A stretch of DNA of 64,000 nt, from contig CAWIHJ010000050.1 in the NCBI GenBank assembly GCA_963835795.1, forward strand, positions 12,849 to 76,848. The letters are read 5' to 3'. The notes under the pieces are model-generated. The model was not told the DNA's origin. It saw only the letters and a list, made by a program, of their open reading frames with translations, and did not search any database. Shown here one piece after another: positions 40,961 through 49,019 of the stretch. Position numbers and translations under genes: made by a program. Positions within the stretch are counted from its first letter, which is position 1, and each line of letters starts with the position of its first letter. This stretch comes from an uncultured Gammaproteobacteria bacterium. GTDB taxonomy: Bacteria; Pseudomonadota; Gammaproteobacteria; GCA-001735895.

Positions 40961-42763
40961 TTAGACCGGCAACTTGAACACGTTTACAGATTCAAGCAAC
41001 TGCTTGGAGAACTGTACAAGGCTGCCCGTCTGTGCCGCTTGCTGTTTTAGCTCCGCGTTGGTTTCCTGGGTACTCTTCTGCACCTTCTCAGTTTGCTCCC
41101 GCAGGTTGTTACTCACATGCGCCTGAACCAGTGAGTGCTTGGCAATCTGGGCCACCGCACTGGCCAGTTCGGCCGTGGTCTCCTGCGTTGCCTGCATCTG
41201 CACACCCGAAGCCTGGGCCAGCTCGGAACCTTCGACCACCTGTTCGATGGCCTTGTTCATGGTCGCCATGGTTTCAGCAGTTTCAGCCTGAATGTTACTC
41301 ACCAGGCCGGCAATTTCAGATGTCGATTGACGTGAAGATTCAGCCAGTCGCTGTACCTCGTCCGCAACCACCGCAAAACCGCGTCCCGCGTCACCAGCGG
41401 CTGCTGCCTGCATCGACGCATTCAATGCGAGGATGTGTGTACGTTCAGCGATATTGTTGATGATTTCCACCACGCCGGTAATTTCCTGGGAACGTTCACC
41501 GAGGCGCTTGATGCGCTTCTCTGTCTCTGAAATGGTTTCGCGTATTTCGCTCATACCGTTTGCAGTGCGTGATACGGTGTCCAGTGCCTGGCGAGTAGAC
41601 GTTGAGGCGCGTTCTGCGATCTCGTTACTGGCTTTTGCCTGTCGGGCAATCTGGTTCATCGTCTTCGACGCTTCTGCGAGCTGCGTCATGGAAGCCTCAA
41701 CGATGACACGCTCGTCGTCAGCCAGCTGGTTGATTTTCTGGCCCTGGGTCTCAACCTTGATCGCTGCATCTGCTACCTGGCTCGCAATCAGGCGAATCTG
41801 GTTCAATACTCGTGCGGTCTCGGTTGCCATCATATTCATCGCGTCCGCTACCGGACCGGTAACATCCTCGGCCACCGGTACGCGCACCGTCAGGTCACGA
41901 TCGGAGAGGTCGGACACTGCCTCGAGCAGCTCGATGATCGAGTTGTTGAGCTTTTCGTTCTCGTGCTCCGCCGATGCCATGGTCGACACGCGTTCGTTAA
42001 GCATCGAGTCGAAAGCGTGGCCTAACTGACCAATTTCATCCTTACTGGTAAGGTGGGTACGCGCTTCCAGGTCACCCTGGGACACCCTTTCCACAACCGC
42101 CGAGATGCTCTTGATCGGGCGCGTAATGGACAGGTAAATGAACGGCCCAAGCGTTGACGCGAGTATCAGTCCAAGCAAAACGATACCCGCACTGGCCAGC
42201 AGGTAAAGCTGCGCATCCTGCTCACCTGCGTCGAATACCTTTTGCGCTTCTACGGAACCCAGCGCCGCCAATGCATCCGCTGCGTTCAGAAACGGGTCGG
42301 AGTAACCGCGCGCATCGTTCAGCTGGTAGAGGGTCAAATGGCCCCGGTTTTCAGCTCGAACGATTTTCAATAATTCCTCAAAACCTTGCTTGACAAGTTG
42401 CGCTTCCAGGCCGAAAGCATCGCTAAAGAATTCTTCTGCCTTTGCGTCACCGGCAATATCGGCCAGCTTCAAATTCCACAGCATATCGAATTCTTTTGCA
42501 CCGGATTCCAGTTCCCTGGCGGCTTCCTGCCAGGTCAAGGCACCCGAGGCGAGTTGTTGACTAACGTCCACAAGGTGATATCGCACCGAGCCTGAGATTC
42601 GGGTAAATTCACCCGCTTCTGCGGATTTCCGGTTTAGTTCTGCAGTATCCCGTGACATGTCCGACATACCGACCAATGTTACTGCGCCCGTTACCATGAA
42701 GGTCAGTGTCAATACACCGATCAACAACAGTAGACGACGGCCAATCTTGATATTGCTAAACAT
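40961..42763 (-). CDS. methyl-accepting chemotaxis protein, PilJ-like
   Basis: It has an N-terminal TM helix, a helical periplasmic region of about 170 aa, a second TM helix, HAMP (RPIKSISAVVERVSQGDLEAR...DEIGQLGHAFDSM) and the highly conserved hairpin EIINNIAERTHILALNASMQAAAAGDAGRGFAVVADEVQRLAESS. The post-HAMP segment (NEKLNNSIIELLEAVSDLSDRDLTVRVPVAEDVTGPVADAMN) resembles PilJ-type receptors as I recall them. Confidence 0.88.
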   Translation of the reverse strand: MFSNIKIGRRLLLLIGVLTLTFMVTGAVTLVGMSDMSRDTAELNRKSAEAGEFTRISGSVRYHLVDVSQQLASGALTWQEAARELESGAKEFDMLWNLKLADIAGDAKAEEFFSDAFGLEAQLVKQGFEELLKIVRAENRGHLTLYQLNDARGYSDPFLNAADALAALGSVEAQKVFDAGEQDAQLYLLASAGIVLLGLILASTLGPFIYLSITRPIKSISAVVERVSQGDLEARTHLTSKDEIGQLGHAFDSMLNERVSTMASAEHENEKLNNSIIELLEAVSDLSDRDLTVRVPVAEDVTGPVADAMNMMATETARVLNQIRLIASQVADAAIKVETQGQKINQLADDERVIVEASMTQLAEASKTMNQIARQAKASNEIAERASTSTRQALDTVSRTANGMSEIRETISETEKRIKRLGERSQEITGVVEIINNIAERTHILALNASMQAAAAGDAGRGFAVVADEVQRLAESSRQSTSEIAGLVSNIQAETAETMATMNKAIEQVVEGSELAQASGVQMQATQETTAELASAVAQIAKHSLVQAHVSNNLREQTEKVQKSTQETNAELKQQAAQTGSLVQFSKQLLESVNVFKLPV

Positions 42764-42818
42764 AAATATTTACCCTTGTTTAAATTGTATCGTTGTCGAG
42801 TTCCGTGCGGATATCCGA

Positions 42819-44078
42819 TTAACGCAGCAGTCGATTCAGTTCTGCGCTACCGAGCAGATTAAAATCGTCGCCATCGAGGTAAGTCGAAATCACCAGATCT
42901 GAACCCTGGTTGTCGTCGGTGAAATCCAGTTGCAGGCCACCCAGATCAAAGCGCTTACCCTTGACGGCCGCCAAAAAGGATTGGCGCGTAATTTCTTTAC
43001 CGGGCATGCTTTCCAGCACCTTCAGCATCATACTGCCGACAATGTAGCCTTCCAGCGTGACGTAACTGAGGTTACTGCCCAGTGCGGCTCTCGCCTGCTG
43101 CACGATGGGTAACTTTGAATTCAGCGGTGGCACCACCTGGGTGACAATGACGTTGCGGTTGATACCAAATTCACGCAAGGCATTGCGCAGGTTCTCGGCG
43201 CCGGTGAACGACACCGCGCTGTAAACCCAGCTTTCACCCTTCATCGTCGCGTAGCCAATAAAATTGGCGATGGATGCGTAAGCGCCCACGGTTACCACCA
43301 GGCGACACTTGGTACCGCTCTGCGCTTCCCATGATTTTAATGACTCGTAACCGTCACGCGATGTGAAGGTATTGCGCTTGTAAACACCAACTGGCCCGAT
43401 CTCGTTACGGAAAGGATTGGCACCTTTCAAGCTCATGATTTCATCCAGCGTGGCAACAACTTCTTTGGCGCCACCGGCAGATGCCAACGCCGCTTTTACA
43501 CCTGCGATTCCAGCCATACCGTAGCCGTCATTTTGCACATAGGCGCAAATCTCGGCGGGCTTGAGTCCCGACTTGATGGCGGCACCGATTACGGCCGCTG
43601 TTTCCTGGATATAACTGGCGCGATAATTAACGATGTCACCCTTGCCTGGGCGCAACAGGCCAGCGCCGGTGAAAAAGCCGACCGCGGGGATGCCAGCCTG
43701 AGCGAGCACCGGCAGTGATGCACCGGCCGTAGGCGTGCCGACATTACCGACCATGGTGAAAATACCGCGTCCAATCAAATCCTCGGTCGCGGCTTTAGTC
43801 TTGGTCGGATTGTAGGAATCATTCAGGGTCAGGAATTCAAACTGACGGCCTTTGACCCGCTTGCCCGCCAGAGCGGCCACAATGCCGTCCCGCATTCCCT
43901 GGCCTAATCCCCGGGAACGACCCTCGAGATCCATAACGCCGCCAATGACAATCTTGTCATTGGTCACCCCGATTTCAGCGGAAGCGTTAAAACTAACGCC
44001 AAGGGCTACGATTGTGGCCATGGCCACAGTTTTGCAAAGTTTCGATACTTCCATCTTCTGCATCGTTGAGCTTTTCAT
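42819..44078 (-). CDS. orphan periplasmic binding protein, type I (Leu/Ile/Val-binding LivJ/K-like fold)
   Basis: It has the signal peptide ...TVAMATIVALGVSFNASA, then IVIGGVMDLEGRSRGLGQGMRDGIVAALAG...LNDSYNPTKTKAATEDLI...FTMVGNVGTPTAGASLPV. No ABC permease or ATPase is nearby. Start candidates lie at 44078, 44060 and 44141. Confidence 0.75.
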   Translation of the reverse strand: MKSSTMQKMEVSKLCKTVAMATIVALGVSFNASAEIGVTNDKIVIGGVMDLEGRSRGLGQGMRDGIVAALAGKRVKGRQFEFLTLNDSYNPTKTKAATEDLIGRGIFTMVGNVGTPTAGASLPVLAQAGIPAVGFFTGAGLLRPGKGDIVNYRASYIQETAAVIGAAIKSGLKPAEICAYVQNDGYGMAGIAGVKAALASAGGAKEVVATLDEIMSLKGANPFRNEIGPVGVYKRNTFTSRDGYESLKSWEAQSGTKCRLVVTVGAYASIANFIGYATMKGESWVYSAVSFTGAENLRNALREFGINRNVIVTQVVPPLNSKLPIVQQARAALGSNLSYVTLEGYIVGSMMLKVLESMPGKEITRQSFLAAVKGKRFDLGGLQLDFTDDNQGSDLVISTYLDGDDFNLLGSAELNRLLR

Positions 44079-44146
44079 ATTCTCACCCTGGGCATCACTT
44101 GATTCTGCAATTAAAATATTCGCTAGGTTCATCAGTTTCACCAGCC

Positions 44147-44722
44147 TTACTGCTGCGAGGCCAGGTAGTCGACCGAAACACCCATGATCAAAACCCCGAT
44201 CGTCTGATTATTTGAAACAATTGGCGTACTGATTTGAACCAGGGTTTTATTGGTACTGGCGTCTTGCTCCAACGGGCCGATAAAGACCTTGCCGTCGCCG
44301 TTATTGAACGACGAGGTGAATTTTCCCTCGTCTCCCTGCCAGTAGTCAGAGGTAGGTGGATAGGCAGCAACATTCGCCCCCTGGTTATCGGTAATAAAGA
44401 CCTCGTCGATCGCCGTGTTGTTTTCAACGCGTCGCTTCAGGTAGCGCGCAATATCGTTACGGGTGATTGCACGAATAAGCGCGTTACTACCACCATTCGC
44501 ATCAATCCACATTTGATCGCGTTCCTTGATTTCCGCCAGGGTCAGCTTTTTACCATTTTGCGCTTCCACGGCACGAATGATATTGGGCTGGTAAGCCATG
44601 TGCGTGGCAAAGCGAATTTTAACGTCGAGCAACTCTTCGATCTGGGCATCGGTCAATTCAACTTCTGCTTGCGACACAACCGGCAGAACCAGCAACATCA
44701 CTGTCAGTATTTTCTTGAACAT
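44147..44722 (-). CDS. stand-alone periplasmic Cache/PDC-like sensor-domain protein
   Basis: It has the signal peptide MFKKILTVMLLVLPVVSQA, then FITDNQGANVAAYPPTSDYWQGDEGKF...VQISTPIVSNNQTIGVLIMGVSVDYL. This pattern normally occurs as the extracytoplasmic module of kinases or MCPs. Here there is no TM helix and no output domain. Confidence 0.55.
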   Translation of the reverse strand: MFKKILTVMLLVLPVVSQAEVELTDAQIEELLDVKIRFATHMAYQPNIIRAVEAQNGKKLTLAEIKERDQMWIDANGGSNALIRAITRNDIARYLKRRVENNTAIDEVFITDNQGANVAAYPPTSDYWQGDEGKFTSSFNNGDGKVFIGPLEQDASTNKTLVQISTPIVSNNQTIGVLIMGVSVDYLASQQ

Positions 44723-44846
44723 TTTACTTACACTCCACTTTCATGTTGGTTGCGAAACGTCGATCAAGGTATCGAGGCGCCGGCTTGTTTGATTGTCCCG
44801 GAATGCGGAAGCTTGATGTCATGCCCCGCCAATCCGCGACCCACAG

Positions 44847-45365
44847 TCACAATAAGTTTCCCAGCGAGACAAAAAACTTCTGTACATCCCAGTCGATCCA
44901 GATCTGGCTATCCTTCTGGAAATATCGACTTGCGTGATTTTTAATGAAGTCGGGTAATGGCGGATCGCCAACGATGTCATCTTCTATACCGAGCATTACC
45001 ATTCTCGGCATATCGTCCACCCAAAAGGCGACTGAAGTGGCACCCGATCCGATCACGATTACCCGTCGTCGGTCGCTGGCTACATTGACCCCGAATAAAG
45101 CATGCAGGTCAAAAACCGGGGTGATGTTGCCTCGCAAACTGCTCACACCACTAAACCAATCGGGTGTATTCGGCAATTTACATACGGGCAACCGGTCTAC
45201 CAGCTCACTTACCTCGCCCGCTGGCAACAGCAATCCTATATCGCCAACCAGCACCGCATGAGTGGTAATCCCGGTGATTTCGCCAGCTTGATCAACCCCG
45301 GAAACCGCTTCCTCATCAAGAATAAATTCTCGATTTAATGCTTCGCTCGGTAACATCATCGCCAA
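44847..45365 (-). CDS. CheW-like coupling protein (PilI-like position)
   Basis: VLVGDIGLLLPAGEVSELVDRLPVCKLPNTPDWFSGVSSLRGNITPVFDLHALF. The start is TTG 45365 or ATG 45359. Confidence 0.7.
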   Translation of the reverse strand: MAMMLPSEALNREFILDEEAVSGVDQAGEITGITTHAVLVGDIGLLLPAGEVSELVDRLPVCKLPNTPDWFSGVSSLRGNITPVFDLHALFGVNVASDRRRVIVIGSGATSVAFWVDDMPRMVMLGIEDDIVGDPPLPDFIKNHASRYFQKDSQIWIDWDVQKFFVSLGNLL

Positions 45366-45392
45366 CAGCCCCGTCTATGGGTTGCAGATGAA

Positions 45393-45758
45393 CTAGATGT
45401 AGGTTTCGAGTGCATCGACAATCACGGCACTGTCGGCAGGCTTGGTCAGTAATGCCTTGGCGCCCTGCTTTTCAGCCCAGAGCTTGTCGGCGCGCTGGTT
45501 CTTGGTACTGACGAATACCACGGGGATATCCCGGGTATCTTCGCCACGAGTAATCTCGCGGCAGGCACCATAGCCATCCAGATCATCCATAACAATATCC
45601 AGGAAAATCAAATTGGGATGCTCCGCCTTCGATTTCTCGACAGCTTCCCTTCCGGAAGTTGCCGTGATGACCTGGTAACCGGCGCCTGAAACAATGTCGG
45701 CAAGATGCTTCAGGTGGGCGGCGGTATCGTCTACTACCAGTACTTTTTTCTTGGCCAT
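45393..45758 (-). CDS. single-domain CheY-like response regulator (PilH-like position)
   Basis: KKVLVVDDTAAHLKHL...LIFLDIVMDDLDGYGACREI...VVFVSTKNQ...LTKP. The protein is 121 aa long. Confidence 0.88.
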   Translation of the reverse strand: MAKKKVLVVDDTAAHLKHLADIVSGAGYQVITATSGREAVEKSKAEHPNLIFLDIVMDDLDGYGACREITRGEDTRDIPVVFVSTKNQRADKLWAEKQGAKALLTKPADSAVIVDALETYI

Positions 45759-45835
45759 TGGTTCTACTCTCGTAGTCTTCAGGTTGAATATTTATAGTTA
45801 ATATTTCAGATATAGCATTGTATTTGGGACCGCCG

Positions 45836-46615
45836 TTACTGCAACAAACCCTGTGCCTGCATTCGATTTCTATACTGAATGCACTTTTCTACTTCCTTGA
45901 CCAGACATTCGTCAGACGGGGGTTTAGTAACGTAAGCATCGCAACCGGACATGGTTCCACGAACCTTGTCGAAGGGTGATTTCTTGCTGGTCAGCATGCA
46001 GATATAGGTCGTTCTGGTCGCCTTGATTGCCTTGCAAACCTTGTAACCATCGACGCCCTCCATCATGACATCGAGGAAGATAATGTCGTATTGATTGCTG
46101 TTGACCTTGCTAATCGCCTCTTCCCCACTACTGGCAAAACTGAGCTGCAAGGGACCTTTGACCAGCTCTCCCAGTTTGTTTTCCATGTACTTGCGTACCG
46201 GGTAACTGTCGTCGACAATCAAGACACAGACCTCGGGTTCTGTGATTAAATCGGGATTATTGGTTTGCGTTTGTTCCTTTATTATGTCGTCGAGGGCGGC
46301 GATCAGGCGCTGCACCCGGATGGGCCTTTGCAAAACCATGTCACCTTCCACTGACTCGCCCTGGCTGGACAACATCAGCGATGTCGCCAAAGCGTTCACA
46401 TGCTTGATCTTTTCCCACTTTTCAACGATTTTCGGATCGTCTGCATCGACCAGGAAAACGTCTATTTCTGTCAGATCCTGGGGTGCTACCAGGGTGAATT
46501 TTTCACTCAATTGCGGGGCCAGGGTAAAGATACTTTTTAATACCCTGACCTCGTTGGCAGTAAGTCCGAGGTAACTCAGTTTAATGTCCTCATGCACCTT
46601 AGCTACTCTCCCCAT
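45836..46615 (-). CDS. response regulator with an N-terminal domain of about 125 aa of unclear type plus a C-terminal receiver (PilG-like position)
   Basis: The C-terminus (VLIVDDSYPVRKYM...IIFLDVMMEGVDGYKVCKAIK...MLTSKKSPFDKVRGTMSGCDAYVTKP) is a canonical REC domain. The N-terminus (LTANEVRVLKSIF...IDVFLVDADDPKIVEKW) looks like a degenerate receiver or PATAN-like module. I cannot decide which from sequence alone. Confidence 0.75.
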   Translation of the reverse strand: MGRVAKVHEDIKLSYLGLTANEVRVLKSIFTLAPQLSEKFTLVAPQDLTEIDVFLVDADDPKIVEKWEKIKHVNALATSLMLSSQGESVEGDMVLQRPIRVQRLIAALDDIIKEQTQTNNPDLITEPEVCVLIVDDSYPVRKYMENKLGELVKGPLQLSFASSGEEAISKVNSNQYDIIFLDVMMEGVDGYKVCKAIKATRTTYICMLTSKKSPFDKVRGTMSGCDAYVTKPPSDECLVKEVEKCIQYRNRMQAQGLLQ

Positions 46616-46961
46616 CCAGGTTGGTTTGCTTGAAATCTTAACTACTGGCAGGCCATGATGGCTGTCCGGTAATCGCGACCGATCTACCGCTAACGCATGC
46701 AGGAAGACAACTTCGGCACAGGAACTCTCCCAACTCCGGGATCGAGCTCCTTATGTCATGAGGCTATTTTTGTTTTGATTATTCCCAGCCAGTCTTCGGT
46801 GAAATTGCGTACCGGGTAGATAAAAAGATAGTTCAATATCAGGGATTGTAAAGAAAGCTAAGCGTAGAAAGGGGCAGTTTCAGGGACCAAATGACGTTAT
46901 TGCCTGCTCTATGAATCGGGGTACAGAAGGCGCAGAGCGAGGATCGCAGGTTCGTTACAGT

Positions 46962-46990
46962 TTGGAAAACACCGGGGGAGTCATCCCGGT
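46962..46990 (-). terminator. possible intrinsic terminator after the aldolase gene
   Basis: The minus strand reads accggg-atgactc-cccggt followed by gttttcc. The stem is short and the T-run modest. Confidence 0.35.
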
Positions 46991-47028
46991 TATTGCGGTT
47001 ATTACCTGTCAGTCCAGGGCATTCAATC

Positions 47029-47802
47029 TCAGCGCAATTGATTTCTGACATCGGCGAGCAATGCATCAGCACCGCGCGCCAGTAGCCCGGTATCCGAACC
47101 GCAGGCAACGAAAGTGAACCCGTCATTTAGTAGCCGCGCAGCAAAATCGGCATCGGCAACCAGGGTTCCCACCGCAACGCCACGTTGCATCAACTCACTG
47201 GCAACGGGACGTATCAAATCCCAGACTTCGCTGGCCATCGGCTTGCCCAATTGACCGATATCCGCTCCGATGTCCGCTGGCCCGAAAAACACGCCTGATA
47301 CACCATCAACAGCGGCGATATCAACGGCTCGCTCCAGTGCAGCACGGGTTTCAATCTGCACCAGCACCGCGGTCTCTTCTTCGATGCGCGCAAAATAATC
47401 CGTGGTTCGTCCAAAAGCGTTGGCGCGCGTTGCGTTGCTGACTCCGCGTATACCACGCGGCGGATAACGCGTGGAGGCCACCGCTTTCTCGGCCTCTTCG
47501 ACCGACTGAATCATTGGAAACAGCAAACCCGGCGCACCGATGTCGAGTAGCCGCTTGACCATCACCGGGTCATTCCAGGGTGGCCGCACGATGGCTGTCG
47601 TAGCCGTAGACGCAATCACTTCGAGTTGTCCGAGTACGCCGCCGATACTGTTCGGTGAATGTTCCATATCCAGCAACACCCAGTCATAACCTGCCGTGGC
47701 GATGACTTCGGCAGCATAGTTATTGCTCAGGCTGGCCCACAGTCCAACCTGTTTATGCTTGTCTTTAAGTGCGCGATTGAATGGATTGACCGGCAGCTTC
47801 AT
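47029..47802 (-). CDS. HpcH/HpaI-family 2-keto-3-deoxyacid aldolase
   Basis: GLWASLSNNYAAEVIATAGYDWVLLDMEHSPN...IVRPPWNDPVMVKRLLDIGA...PMIQSVEEAEKAV. The protein is 257 aa long. Confidence 0.85.
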   Translation of the reverse strand: MKLPVNPFNRALKDKHKQVGLWASLSNNYAAEVIATAGYDWVLLDMEHSPNSIGGVLGQLEVIASTATTAIVRPPWNDPVMVKRLLDIGAPGLLFPMIQSVEEAEKAVASTRYPPRGIRGVSNATRANAFGRTTDYFARIEEETAVLVQIETRAALERAVDIAAVDGVSGVFFGPADIGADIGQLGKPMASEVWDLIRPVASELMQRGVAVGTLVADADFAARLLNDGFTFVACGSDTGLLARGADALLADVRNQLR

Positions 47803-49019
47803 ATTATTGCCTTTTCATTAAAGGGTTCGTTACGCGCAATTCGATCGAAGTGAAAGGGTGACAAATCCAATGACCGATATTCGCCGTAAGTGATGAACTC
47901 GGCCGTACCCCGACCCATCGCCGGTGATTGCTGTAGACCATGCCCGGAAAATCCATTCAGGAAAATGAAGTTCCCCACCTCCCTGTGAGGTCCGAGAATC
48001 GCGTTTTGATCAAATGTGTTAAACGCGTAATGTCCCGCCCAGGAATTCATCAACTTGATCGCCTCAAACTGGGGAATACGCGTCGCAACGATGGGCCAGA
48101 CCTTCTCCTGCCAGAGGCTGTGATCCTGTTCGTAATCATCGTAGTCTACCGCCGGATCATCATCCGGGGGACAGCCCGCCAGGTAGTAGGCACCGTCGGT
48201 ACGCATGTGCACACCCGTGGGATCGATGGTCAGTGGCAAGTCACGATCCAGCGGCTGCTCGGCGGCGAAAATAAACGTATAACGTTTACGCGGCTCCACC
48301 GGAATTTCAATTCCCGCCATGCGCGAGGTCAGTATGGCGCGCGGCCCCGAGGCGTTAATCACGGTGCCACAGCCGATGACCTCCCCGGATTTCAGCGTCA
48401 CATTTTCAACCCGACTGCCACTCGCATTGAGTCCCATTGCAACCACTTCATTACCCAGGAACTCGACACCCTTTTCCTTGCCGGATCGACGCCACCAGTC
48501 GAACAGGGTACCTCCGTCAAAATAACCTTCGTCGACCAGATTGTGGTTGGCGCCGACAATATCGTCGACATTGAAAAACGGATAATCGCGCTTGATCTCT
48601 GCGGCCGTCAGATACTTCGTACCCGCACCGCAAGCCTGTTGTACCTGCTGACTTTCACGCAATACTTCGGCAAAGGCATCGTTGTCCGCAAGATACATAT
48701 AGCCATAGCTCTGTATCGGCAGGTTAGGAACGCGCGGGTCATCACCCATTGAATGTCGCATGTTCTTGACGAATTCGGCGGCAAACTGGGAAATGCGGAC
48801 ATTCAGTTCACGCGAAAACTGCTGGCGCATGCAGCTATTGGTATGGGTTGTCGAGCAGGCCGAATAGGTCGGCTCGCGCTCCACCACCAGTATGGAACCA
48901 TCAAAGTCGGGATTATCGGCGAGAAACCAGGACACCGAAGAGCCATACATGGCGCCTCCGACTATGACCACATCATAATTTTTCTGTTTTGGTGTATCGG
49001 TTGCAACAGCCGGGTTCAT
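47799..49019 (-). CDS. FAD-dependent oxidoreductase (DAO / sarcosine oxidase beta-like family)
   Basis: YDVVIVGGAMYGSSVSWFL is a GxGxxG dinucleotide fold. The gene has a 4-nt overlap with the aldolase start and a 1-nt overlap with the hyuB stop. Confidence 0.85.
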   Translation of the reverse strand: MNPAVATDTPKQKNYDVVIVGGAMYGSSVSWFLADNPDFDGSILVVEREPTYSACSTTHTNSCMRQQFSRELNVRISQFAAEFVKNMRHSMGDDPRVPNLPIQSYGYMYLADNDAFAEVLRESQQVQQACGAGTKYLTAAEIKRDYPFFNVDDIVGANHNLVDEGYFDGGTLFDWWRRSGKEKGVEFLGNEVVAMGLNASGSRVENVTLKSGEVIGCGTVINASGPRAILTSRMAGIEIPVEPRKRYTFIFAAEQPLDRDLPLTIDPTGVHMRTDGAYYLAGCPPDDDPAVDYDDYEQDHSLWQEKVWPIVATRIPQFEAIKLMNSWAGHYAFNTFDQNAILGPHREVGNFIFLNGFSGHGLQQSPAMGRGTAEFITYGEYRSLDLSPFHFDRIARNEPFNEKAII

